From the NCBI GenBank assembly GCA_028819305.1, contig JAPPLY010000056.1:14800-78799 (forward strand): 64,000 bases of DNA, given 5' to 3'. This stretch comes from Bdellovibrionales bacterium. GTDB taxonomy: Bacteria; Bdellovibrionota; Bdellovibrionia; Bdellovibrionales; UBA1609. The translations under genes and the position numbers were made by a program. Every line of letters starts with the position of its first letter. Position 1 is the stretch's first letter. Below are positions 40,361 through 52,561 of this stretch, in pieces. Under the pieces are notes generated by a model that did not search any database, was not told the origin of the DNA, and worked only from the letters and a program-made list of their open reading frames with translations.

Positions 40361-40405
40361 CCCCATACCAAACCCAAGAAATTTAATCCTTAAGTAAATG
40401 AAAAA

Positions 40406-41095
40406 TCAATGCTCATGTGACAAAGCAATGCTGATATACACCATACTTAAAATAGTAAAAATAAAAGCTTGCATAGTACAAACAAAAAAGCCCAAAAAGT
40501 AGAAAGCAACAGGTATAACGACAGGAGCCAAATCTAAAAAAATGGATAGCACAGTATGATCCCCGACCATATTACCATAGAGCCTAAGCCCTAAACTTAA
40601 AGGGCGTACAAGGTGAGAGATAAGTTCAATCACAAACATTAAAGGGGCCAGAAACAAAACAGGCCCCATAAGCTGCTTTAAATAAGACAAACCATGCTCT
40701 TTAAACCCATAAATATTATAGACTAAAAAGGAAAAAACGCCTAAAGCCAATGTTGTATTAACATTACTCGTAGCCGCCCCCATACCAGGAACCAGCCCCA
40801 ACAAATTATTAAACCAAATAAATATAAAAAGGGTGGAAAAAAAAGGAATAAATTTTCGTCCTTGTGAACCTACCACTAAGTCAGACAAAGATGTAATAAT
40901 AGAAACAAAGTTTTCAAAAAAAGCTTTTATAGAAAAATGATCTGACGGAATAAGCGCGTTTTCCGATTTTTTCAAAGCCCTTCGGGATAAAAAAGTTAAT
41001 CCCAATAAAATAAAACAAATCAGAAGTTTATTAGCTATATGCAAATGTTCCGACCCTAAAAAAGGCAAAAGATTTAACCACTCAAAATGAATCAT
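40406..41095 (-). CDS. atpB: F-type ATP synthase subunit a
   Basis: 229-aa polytopic ORF with the conserved Arg motif LSLGLRLYGNM. Confidence 0.88.
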   Translation of the reverse strand: MIHFEWLNLLPFLGSEHLHIANKLLICFILLGLTFLSRRALKKSENALIPSDHFSIKAFFENFVSIITSLSDLVVGSQGRKFIPFFSTLFIFIWFNNLLGLVPGMGAATSNVNTTLALGVFSFLVYNIYGFKEHGLSYLKQLMGPVLFLAPLMFVIELISHLVRPLSLGLRLYGNMVGDHTVLSIFLDLAPVVIPVAFYFLGFFVCTMQAFIFTILSMVYISIALSHEH

Positions 41096-41159
41096 TTCAT
41101 AATTCCTAAATTTATCTTGTTTCTTAACTCTTTATCTTAGATGATAAAGACCTTTACTT

Positions 41160-41262
41160 GCTATACCCTTTTACATCCGTCTGGTCTAATCCCCGCGAAG
41201 CTCGCGAAAACCCGTGAACGAGGACGTGATTTTCCGGTCGTCTTCCCTCCTCTCTCAAGAGA
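41160..41262 (-). repeat. Intergenic repeat X2 (spacer upstream of atpB)
   Basis: About 100 nt colinear with 51791-51890 on the opposite strand: shared GAA.ACGACCGGAA, TCCTCG, TTTCGCGAG, GGTAT; contains the CGCGA-AGC-TCGCG hairpin. Confidence 0.6.
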
Positions 41263-41303
41263 GATTCTGAAGGGTCTTGGTTTCTACACCGATCGATAGA
41301 ATA

Positions 41304-41486
41304 TCATCTAAATAACCGAATAAACTGGTAGAACCAAACTAACATAACAAATATAACTAAAACAGAGGTAATGCCCCCTTTCGTATGAAAATAATGATCT
41401 CCTTTTTGGCCGATATATATAAAAAACCACAGCAAAACGACGGCCTCAAACCCCATACCTATTAATAAAAAAGCCTTCTTTTTCAC
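41304..41486 (-). CDS. Small two-TM membrane protein in the AtpZ/AtpI position
   Basis: 60-aa ORF with two hydrophobic helices upstream of atpB; assignment by position only. Confidence 0.35.
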   Translation of the reverse strand: MKKKAFLLIGMGFEAVVLLWFFIYIGQKGDHYFHTKGGITSVLVIFVMLVWFYQFIRLFR

Positions 41487-42262
41487 TGTAAAGTCCTGGC
41501 TGGCTGATTATTTTGTCTTATCTTTAACCTTTTTATTTTACTCATTAAAAACTCTGATGTGTTTTGATATTCTTTTAAATTAGAAATGGCTTGATGAAAC
41601 TCTTTACGTGACTCATAAATAAAAGACAAATACAAAAATACTTTATTTACTTTAAAAAAACCCGGGGCGGATCGCTGAAGGACTATAAACGTATCTTCCG
41701 CCTCTTTATACCTTTCTTGCATGAGTAAGATACGTCCTTTTAGAAAAAAGACCTTTACCCATTTATTATCCTTGTTTTTATCCATTGTGGATAGCACTCT
41801 TTCCACCTGGTTTAAACTGGCTAGCCATTTTCCCATTTCAAAATAAGCTTGCGCCACACGAAAAGAATATTTCTGTTTTTCCTCTGCGGAAACATCCTGA
41901 GTTTGTAAAAAGGAATAAACTTTTACAGCCGCTTCATAATCTTTTATTTCCTCAAAATAAATCCGCGCCATCGTTTTTTTTAATTCCAGTCTATGCTCTT
42001 TGTTTCTTTCCCGCTCAGACAAATACTGATAAAACCATACGGCCTGTTTTTTAGATATAGGTAAACACACTTGCACGGCTTTTTTAGCCAATAACTGTTT
42101 TTTATTTTCCCGCCCTTCAATAGAAAGAAAATCCAATCGCGCCTGTGAGCATTCTTTTTTTTTCAAAGCTTTTTCCATCTTTCTCACAGAGGAAGTAAAA
42201 TAAAAACAACCCGTTAAGAACAAACACAAATTAAAAAAAACGGCTTGTTTTATTATTTCCAT
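41483..42262 (-). CDS. TPR-like lipoprotein
   Basis: Lipobox LTGC near the N-terminus; helical repeats with TPR-like spacing. Confidence 0.5.
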   Translation of the reverse strand: MEIIKQAVFFNLCLFLTGCFYFTSSVRKMEKALKKKECSQARLDFLSIEGRENKKQLLAKKAVQVCLPISKKQAVWFYQYLSERERNKEHRLELKKTMARIYFEEIKDYEAAVKVYSFLQTQDVSAEEKQKYSFRVAQAYFEMGKWLASLNQVERVLSTMDKNKDNKWVKVFFLKGRILLMQERYKEAEDTFIVLQRSAPGFFKVNKVFLYLSFIYESRKEFHQAISNLKEYQNTSEFLMSKIKRLKIRQNNQPARTLQ

Positions 42263-42346
42263 AAACAGGCTCTTTTATACCGAATAAGTCAAGAAATTCT
42301 TATTTTCACTGATCCGTATTTTACGGATTCCCTATTAATAATAGCT

Positions 42347-44797
42347 TCACTCTGAAGAGTCCACTTCATTTAGCAAGCTAGCTGTTCTCACTTTTTCTCC
42401 TTTTTTCAGTTTCATTAAACGTACCCCTTGCGCCGAACGACCAATAGTAGAAATTTCCTTACAGGAAAAACGGATAGACTGACCTTGATTTGTCATAACG
42501 AGAATTTGATGAAAGTCTTCTACTAAGTGAGCACAGACAACTTCTCCCGTTCTCTCCGTAACTTTATGTGCCATAATCCCCATACCTCCTCTTTTCTGAG
42601 AACGACACTCCTTGAGACTGGTCCTTTTCCCGTAACCCATTTCTGTCATAGTCATATAAGAAATGGTTGTATCCCTGCTCACCTTATCCATACTGATAAC
42701 GGCATCCCCTTTTCTCAAAGAAATCCCCCGTACACCACGAGCTGTTCTACCAATAGAACGAACACTTTCCTCGGGAAATCGAATACAAAAACCTTTTCTT
42801 GTTAAAAGAAAAATATCTTCACCAGGAACACTGATACAAGCTGAAACTAATTGATCCTCTTTGTCCATTCCCACGGCAATAACCCCTGTCTTTCTAGGTT
42901 TGGAAAAAACCTGTAAAGAAGATTTTTTAAAAACACCCTTCTTTGTCATTAAACATAAATGGGCTTTGTCCATAGAAAAAGAGTTTACAGGGATAATCAC
43001 CTGTACATTCTCATCCGCTTGTAGCCATACTAAATTGCGAATAGATCTTCCTTTTGAGGTGCGGCTCATTTGAGGAATACGAAAAGCATCTAACCAATAC
43101 AGTCGCCCCCGATCTGTTAAAACCAGCAAAACACTGTGCGTATTCACACAAAGACTTTTCCATATACTAACCTCTCCTTCAGGGTTGCTTCCTTTAAGGC
43201 CCGATCCTCCTCTTTTTTGCAGCCGATATTCTTCTAAAGAAATCCGCTTTATTCCCCCATCGGAATTAAGAGTGACTAAAACATCTTCTTTGGCAATAAG
43301 CTCTTTATCTTCGACAAGGTCGTCTTCTCCTGAAATAACGACCGTTTTCCGCGGAGTGGAAAATCTTTCTTTTATCCCTATTAACTCTTTTTCTATAATG
43401 CCATAGATAGCTTCCTCGCTGGAAAGCGTTTTCTGTATATTATCAATGGCTTTTAAAAGATCTTTTAGCTCTTGGAGGATTTTTTCTCTTTCCAAAGAAG
43501 TCAATTTTTGAAGGCGCATATCTAAAACAGATTGGGCTTGCTCCCTAGATAGCTCAAAGTTTTCCATAAGTTGACTACGTGCCTGAGAAACATCTTTAGC
43601 CAAACGAATGATTTTAATCACTTCAGAGATAGAATCTAATGCCTTTTTCAAACCTTCTAAAATATGGGCTCTTATACGAGCTTTTTTTAAATCAAAAATA
43701 AGTCTCTTTGTTACTATATTAAAACGGTACTCTATAAAGGCCCTCAACATTTGTTTTAAAGAAAAAAGCCGGGGTTGATTTTGCCGATCCAAAGCTAAAA
43801 AAATAATACCAAAACGGGAACGCAAACTGGTATGTTTAAATAGCTGATTTAAAACCACATCCGCATTTTCTTTTCTCTTTAAAACAATAACAACTCTCAT
43901 TCCCTCTCTGGAAGATTCATCTCTTATATCGGAAATCCCTTCTATCCTCTTATCTTTAACTAAAGTGGCTATATTTTCTATTAAGCGCGCTTTATTCACC
44001 TGATAGGGAAGCTCTTGCACCACTATTATATCCTTGCCTTTTTCCTGCACAGTCTCCACTTTAGCTTGAATTGTAATGATACCCTTTCCCGTTTTATAGG
44101 CAGAAATTAATCCCGCTTGAGCTTTAATGGTTCCTGCTGTAGGAAAGTCAGGACCGGGCACGATTTCCATAAGTTTTTCATCTGAAACGGTCGGATCTTG
44201 AATTAAAGCTACACAAGCTGAAATCACTTCCCCTAAATTGTGAGGAGGCACCCGTGAAGCCATCCCCACAGCTATTCCTTCGCTGCCGTTGACGAGCAAG
44301 TTAGGGTATCGGGAAGGCAGTACTTGAGGAATACGAAGAGTATCATCATAATTCCAGCCGAAGGGCACAGTCTCTTTGTCTATATCCTCCAATAACTGTT
44401 CAGCTAAAGGAGTCATCCTCACTTCCGTATATCGAGAGGCTGCGGGAGCATCTCCATCAATCGAACCAAAATTTCCCTGCCCATCTATTAAAGGATGCTG
44501 CATAGAAAAATCTTGAGCCATTCTCACAATACTGTCATAAACAGCGGTATCTCCATGAGGATGATATTTACCAATGACATCCCCTACGACCCGGGCTGAT
44601 TTTTTATAGGGTTTATCATGTGTATTTCTCAAGTTCTTCATTGCAAAAAGAATACGGCGATGAACAGGCTTTAATCCATCACGTACATCAGGTAAAGCAC
44701 GCCCCACAATAACACTCATGGAATACTGAAGATAAGACTCTCTCATTTCCTGATTAATATCCACATTAAAAATAGAATTGTTCATTTTCTCTCTCAT
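42347..44797 (-). CDS. gyrA: DNA gyrase subunit A
   Basis: GLKPVHRRIL, HPHGD, AASRYTEVR (catalytic Tyr), C-terminal beta-pinwheel repeats. Confidence 0.95.
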   Translation of the reverse strand: MREKMNNSIFNVDINQEMRESYLQYSMSVIVGRALPDVRDGLKPVHRRILFAMKNLRNTHDKPYKKSARVVGDVIGKYHPHGDTAVYDSIVRMAQDFSMQHPLIDGQGNFGSIDGDAPAASRYTEVRMTPLAEQLLEDIDKETVPFGWNYDDTLRIPQVLPSRYPNLLVNGSEGIAVGMASRVPPHNLGEVISACVALIQDPTVSDEKLMEIVPGPDFPTAGTIKAQAGLISAYKTGKGIITIQAKVETVQEKGKDIIVVQELPYQVNKARLIENIATLVKDKRIEGISDIRDESSREGMRVVIVLKRKENADVVLNQLFKHTSLRSRFGIIFLALDRQNQPRLFSLKQMLRAFIEYRFNIVTKRLIFDLKKARIRAHILEGLKKALDSISEVIKIIRLAKDVSQARSQLMENFELSREQAQSVLDMRLQKLTSLEREKILQELKDLLKAIDNIQKTLSSEEAIYGIIEKELIGIKERFSTPRKTVVISGEDDLVEDKELIAKEDVLVTLNSDGGIKRISLEEYRLQKRGGSGLKGSNPEGEVSIWKSLCVNTHSVLLVLTDRGRLYWLDAFRIPQMSRTSKGRSIRNLVWLQADENVQVIIPVNSFSMDKAHLCLMTKKGVFKKSSLQVFSKPRKTGVIAVGMDKEDQLVSACISVPGEDIFLLTRKGFCIRFPEESVRSIGRTARGVRGISLRKGDAVISMDKVSRDTTISYMTMTEMGYGKRTSLKECRSQKRGGMGIMAHKVTERTGEVVCAHLVEDFHQILVMTNQGQSIRFSCKEISTIGRSAQGVRLMKLKKGEKVRTASLLNEVDSSE

Positions 44798-44814
44798 ATA
44801 GTGGTTTTCTCCTT

Positions 44815-44847
44815 ATACCCCTCGGATATTATCCCCGTTTCCGCAGG
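44815..44847 (-). repeat. Intergenic repeat copy d (gyrB-gyrA spacer, proximal to gyrA)
   Basis: ATACCCCTCGGATATTATCCCCGTTTCCGCAGG; related to copies b and e. Confidence 0.65.
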
Positions 44848-44887
44848 TAAGTCTTTTGACTTCTATTCTCTTATGAAAAGCACCTAA

Positions 44888-44930
44888 CTCTGTGGGTATT
44901 ATCCCCATTTCCACGGGAGCAAGCTTTTCC
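44888..44930 (-). repeat. Intergenic repeat copy e (gyrB-gyrA spacer)
   Basis: GGGTATTATCCCCATTTCCACGGGAGCAAGCTTTTCC; 27/30 identical to the reverse complement of 8220-8249. Confidence 0.7.
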
Positions 44931-45006
44931 ATGGCTTTTTGTCTTCTTAAGTTTCATCTCTAAAAACCAGAAACTTTTAAACAGGATCGGTATTAAAAAC
45001 CGCCCA

Positions 45007-48606
<3,600 letters not shown>

Positions 48607-48607
<1 letters not shown>

Positions 48608-49815
48608 CACATCTTCATAGGCATAACGACGCAAAAGCTATGTTTTTCTTTTTCCCCTTTTAATACAGGATATATAACACAAGCTCGCTCTTTGCCTCCA
48701 AAAGTTATAAAAGCCTTCTTCGTTCCCAAAGAAGAAAGAGCTTCCAAAATATATCTGGCATTAAAACGAACCTTCAAATCATCCCCCTTTTTTCTCACAC
48801 AGGCTACCTCATCTTGAGCCTTACCTAAGTCCGGGTTTTCGGACTCCATTTGGATTTTTTTTTCTTTTATCTCAAAGTTAACTCCTTTAAAACGCGTGCT
48901 AGACAACAAAGACACCCTTCTTAGAACCTGACTAAACTGACTTGTATCCACTTCTACAGAAACAGAGCTGCTTTTTGGTATAAAAGGCCGATAGGTAGGA
49001 TACCCCCCCTCCACCAATTTGACACTTAAAATAGCGGATTTATAACAAAATAAAATGCGCGGAGGCTGCACATCTATTTCCACTCTCTCCTCATCTGAAG
49101 CTTGAGAAATAAGCTTTTTTATTTCCTGCACTCCTTTTTTAGATATAATCACCCCTTCCTCTAAAGATTCTTTACAAGGATATTCTGCTAAAGCCAAACG
49201 GTGTCCATCCGTGGCTACAAATCGAAAATAAAGGGGATTTTTTTTTACCTCCTCCTCCTTTGTTTCTCCCTTCTTTGTTTTTTCCTCCGAGCTTTTCTTC
49301 TCTGAGCGAATAGATTCGGTAGTTTCAAAAAAGATTCCTGTTAGATGGTAACGAGTTTCATCTACAGACGCACAATACACTGTGTTCTCTATTAAATATT
49401 TTAATGTCTCTACAGTCACAGAAAAAGAGTTATGCATCTTAAAAGGGGGGAAAGCTGGAAAATCACGTGGTCGTAAACTCAATAAATGAAATACAGAAGC
49501 TCCTTGTTTTAATTTTATCTTCTTATCCTCTTGTTCTTTTAACTCAACTATTCCCTCTGGAAGTTCTTTTAGAATCTCATAGAGAGTTTGCGCATCTATA
49601 ACTGTTTTTCCGGCCTTTTCTACTTTTACAGGAATTTCACTTTGTAAACTGTTATCTTGATCTGTTGCCTGCACACAAAGATATTTATTTTCTCGTGTGC
49701 TAATAAGAATTTTAGATAAAATAGGGACAATAACTCGTTTCTCAATGAGGCTGTTGGCTTGAGAAACAAGCTCAAAAAAAAGAGACCGTTTAACTTGAAT
49801 TTTTAATCGAGACAT
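48607..49815 (-). CDS. dnaN: DNA polymerase III beta sliding clamp
   Basis: 402-aa three-domain clamp pattern in the dnaA-dnaN-recF-gyrB order; contains a Lys/Glu-rich insertion. Confidence 0.88.
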
Positions 49816-49899
49816 ATTGAATCAGACTCTTAGAGGAAAAAAATTATAAAAAAAGCAACGACTATTAAATATAAATATTATAATAGCAGTAGTAGGCTT

Positions 49900-49996
49900 T
49901 GTTGATAACAAATAATTAATAAATAAGCACTTAAAATCATAAAAAAAACGATATAACAAAATGAGTAAAATAAGGATGTGGAAAAAATGTTGATAA
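49900..49996. other. Candidate oriC segment: three DnaA-box-like 9-mers in the AT-rich dnaA-dnaN spacer
   Basis: TGTTGATAA at 49900-49908 and 49988-49996, TGTGGAAAA at 49977-49985; each is one mismatch from TGTGGATAA. Confidence 0.45.
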
Positions 49997-50026
49997 GTAA
50001 AAAAAGAAAAAGAAAGACCTGTTTTT

Positions 50027-51448
50027 TTAGAGGTTTTTAACAGGAAAGATTTTTTTGTGGATAAGTTTTCTTAACTCTTTGAGATCACTTGTTATTTTTG
50101 GCTTTTTCTTTTCGATTACTTTTAAACTGTGTAATATAGTGCTGTGGTTTCTATTTCCAAAAAGATACCCTAGTTCTTTTAAGGATAAGTTTAAGTCTTT
50201 TCTAGCCAGGTAAATAGCGATATTTCGAGCATAGACAATATGTTGCGCTCGAGAAGAAGATTTTAGCTCAGATGCTTTGATGTGGAAATAGGCACAAACT
50301 TCTTTTAGAACAAGACTGAAGTTAGAATTTTTGGAAAAAGAGGGGGAATTTGCTGTGAGAGGAGAAGGAAGGGAGGGGATTTCCTTACAAAAAAGGTGTT
50401 GAACAACCTCTAAGCACAGGGCTTTATTTTGTAAATCACAAAACATTTTCACTTTATTTAAATGTCCTTCTATTTCTCTAATGGAGTTTGTGGGAATATG
50501 AGATATGTAGGAAAGAACCTCTTCAGGAAGGCCGGTTTGCCAATTTAGGGCCTTACTTTTTATAATGGCTTTTTTAGTATCTTTATCCGGAGTTTGGATA
50601 TCTGCTATGACTCCTCCTTCAAAGCGAGTTTTGATTCTATTTTTTAAGCCTTTAATATCTTTTGGTTTTTGATCGCTAGCTAAAACCAGCTGACACTTTG
50701 CTGATTTTAAACTTTCAAAGGTATGGAAAAATTCGTCTTGGATACTTTCCCCTTTCCCTAGGATTTGAATATCATCTAATAAGAGCACTTGAATATTTTT
50801 TCTGTATTTCTGACGAAACATCTCCATTTCATTTTTGCGAATATGATTGATACAATCATTGAAAAATCGTTCTGCAGGGAGATAGAGCACTTTTAAATGT
50901 GGTTTTTCTTTTTCAAGACGATTTCCAATAGCGTGCAGTAAATGTGTCTTTCCGTGTCCAGAAGGGCCATAGATAAATAAAGGATTAGAGTTATTATTAA
51001 AAGGTCTTTCAGCAATGCTTTTAGCTAAAGAATAGGCAAAAGAATTGCTAGAACCTTGTATAAAAGAGGAAAAGGTCCATTGTGGATAAAAAGTGCTGTT
51101 TTTTGTTATCTTTTTATAATTTTTATGAGGAGGCTTAAAAAAAAAAGGGGGGGGGTCTTTCAAGATCTTATTTGATAAGATGGGGGTCTGTTTTTGTATA
51201 TCAACAGCTGGGAAGGCGCCCTCTTTGTTTTTTATTTGTGTTTGAATGAAAAACAGGTGTTTTTGTAAAATTTCCTGGTGAAAAGAAGAAGGGACTTTAA
51301 GAGTAAAGTGTTTTTTTCCCTCGAGAGCCTGGCTCTCCAGGGTTACCGTATCTAAAACAGATTTAAGTAGTTTTTCTTGAAGTGTTTTCTGTAATGTGTC
51401 TTTTATCTGATTCCAAAGATGCTGTTCTGACAAAAGGGCCTCCATCAA
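50027..51448 (-). CDS. dnaA: Chromosomal replication initiator DnaA
   Basis: AAA+ Walker A GPSGHGKTHLL; C-terminal DnaA-box-binding domain (FGNRNHSTILHS). Confidence 0.93.
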   Translation of the reverse strand: MMEALLSEQHLWNQIKDTLQKTLQEKLLKSVLDTVTLESQALEGKKHFTLKVPSSFHQEILQKHLFFIQTQIKNKEGAFPAVDIQKQTPILSNKILKDPPPFFFKPPHKNYKKITKNSTFYPQWTFSSFIQGSSNSFAYSLAKSIAERPFNNNSNPLFIYGPSGHGKTHLLHAIGNRLEKEKPHLKVLYLPAERFFNDCINHIRKNEMEMFRQKYRKNIQVLLLDDIQILGKGESIQDEFFHTFESLKSAKCQLVLASDQKPKDIKGLKNRIKTRFEGGVIADIQTPDKDTKKAIIKSKALNWQTGLPEEVLSYISHIPTNSIREIEGHLNKVKMFCDLQNKALCLEVVQHLFCKEIPSLPSPLTANSPSFSKNSNFSLVLKEVCAYFHIKASELKSSSRAQHIVYARNIAIYLARKDLNLSLKELGYLFGNRNHSTILHSLKVIEKKKPKITSDLKELRKLIHKKIFPVKNL

Positions 51449-51495
51449 GTTTTATTTAGGGCATAAAAAGTCATAAAGCTATCATAAACCTCTGC

Positions 51496-51525
51496 TTGAC
51501 GAGAAGAGCCAAAACATGCTTTTAT
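51496..51525 (+). promoter_or_regulatory. Possible rpmH promoter
   Basis: TTGACG at 51496-51501, 18-nt spacer, TGc-TTTTAT extended -10 at 51517-51525; by eye only. Confidence 0.3.
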
Positions 51526-51565
51526 TATGCGTCAATAGACTTTTTATTATCTGGAGAAGGAAAAA

Positions 51566-51715
51566 GTGAAAAGGACATATCAGCCTAGTCGTAAAAAAAG
51601 AAGCCGTTCTCATGGATTTCGTGCTCGAATGGAAGAAAAAAGTGGGCAACAAGTATTAAATCGCAGAAGAAATAAGGGGCGCAAACACCTATCTGTTTCT
51701 GTTTCCAGTAAATAG
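51566..51715 (+). CDS. rpmH: 50S ribosomal protein L34
   Basis: Not in the ORF track (49 aa). GTG start; translates to [44 protein letters not shown]..., the classic L34 sequence. Confidence 0.9.
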   Translation: MKRTYQPSRKKRSRSHGFRARMEEKSGQQVLNRRRNKGRKHLSVSVSSK

Positions 51716-51790
51716 AAATCTTTTTATACCGAGCTGGCATGAGAAAAGATGTCCTTTTGAGTTTTTTCATTAAAAACTCAGGTTTCTTTG

Positions 51791-51890
51791 GGAGAAAAAA
51801 GAAACGACCGGAAGTCTCTATCCTCGATTTCTTGCGCCCGCTTTCGCGAGGCCAGGCTTTCGCGAGGATCAAACCTGGATTGGTATCATA
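51791..51890 (+). repeat. Intergenic repeat X3 (rpmH-rnpA spacer)
   Basis: Colinear with the reverse complement of 41160-41262; includes a tandem GCTTTCGCGAGG x2 (51840-51851, 51856-51867). Confidence 0.6.
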
Positions 51891-51936
51891 CAAAAAAGGT
51901 AGAAACTATTTTAATTCTTTGCTTTATATTGTAAAA

Positions 51937-52269
51937 ATGTGGGTTTCCTTAAAGAAAAAGAAAGATTTTATTTTACTTAAGAAAAAAGGAAAGTATTTAA
52001 AGAAACAAAGTTTTTTTATTGTATATCGAAAAAACGGTCTTTCTTATAGTCGTATAGCTTTATTTTTTCCAAAATGGGTAGGCAAGGCTGTTCAAAGAAA
52101 TAAATTTAAAAGATGGGCGCGTCATTTTGTGGCAAAACAAAAGGGGGAGGAAGGTTTGGATATACTATTGGGATTAAAAAAAAGAGAGCGGTCTTTTTAT
52201 AAGAATATGAAATATAAAGATTTTTACTCTGGGTTTGAGCGAGTTTTTAAAGATATTGAGTTTGAGTAA
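51937..52269 (+). CDS. rnpA: Ribonuclease P protein component
   Basis: Start moved to ATG 51937 ([11 protein letters not shown]), giving 110 aa with the [16 protein letters not shown]-type motif; the track's upstream extension covers repeat X3. Confidence 0.8.
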   Translation: MWVSLKKKKDFILLKKKGKYLKKQSFFIVYRKNGLSYSRIALFFPKWVGKAVQRNKFKRWARHFVAKQKGEEGLDILLGLKKRERSFYKNMKYKDFYSGFERVFKDIEFE

Positions 52270-52270
52270 C

Positions 52271-52531
52271 ATGAGGTATTTATCTTTAGTATGTCTTTTT
52301 CTTATAAAAGTGTATAAAGTGTTTCTCTCCGTTCATTTTGGGGGAGCTTGTCGGTTCCATCCCTCTTGTTCCTGCTATGCCGAAAGGGCTTTTTTAAAAC
52401 ATCCTTTTTTTCCAGCTTTTTTTTTAGTTTTAAAAAGATTAGCTAAATGTCATTTTTGGGGGCCTTTTGGTTTAGACCCTCTGCCTGTGTCCTCCTTTTC
52501 AAAGGAGAAAAAGGACCCTGTTTCTTATTGA
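52271..52531 (+). CDS. yidD: Membrane protein insertion efficiency factor YidD
   Basis: [11 protein letters not shown] motif; start placed at ATG 52271. Confidence 0.85.
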   Translation: MRYLSLVCLFLIKVYKVFLSVHFGGACRFHPSCSCYAERAFLKHPFFPAFFLVLKRLAKCHFWGPFGLDPLPVSSFSKEKKDPVSY

Positions 52532-52561
52532 TTCCATTTAAAGAAAAGAGAAGAGCTTTCT

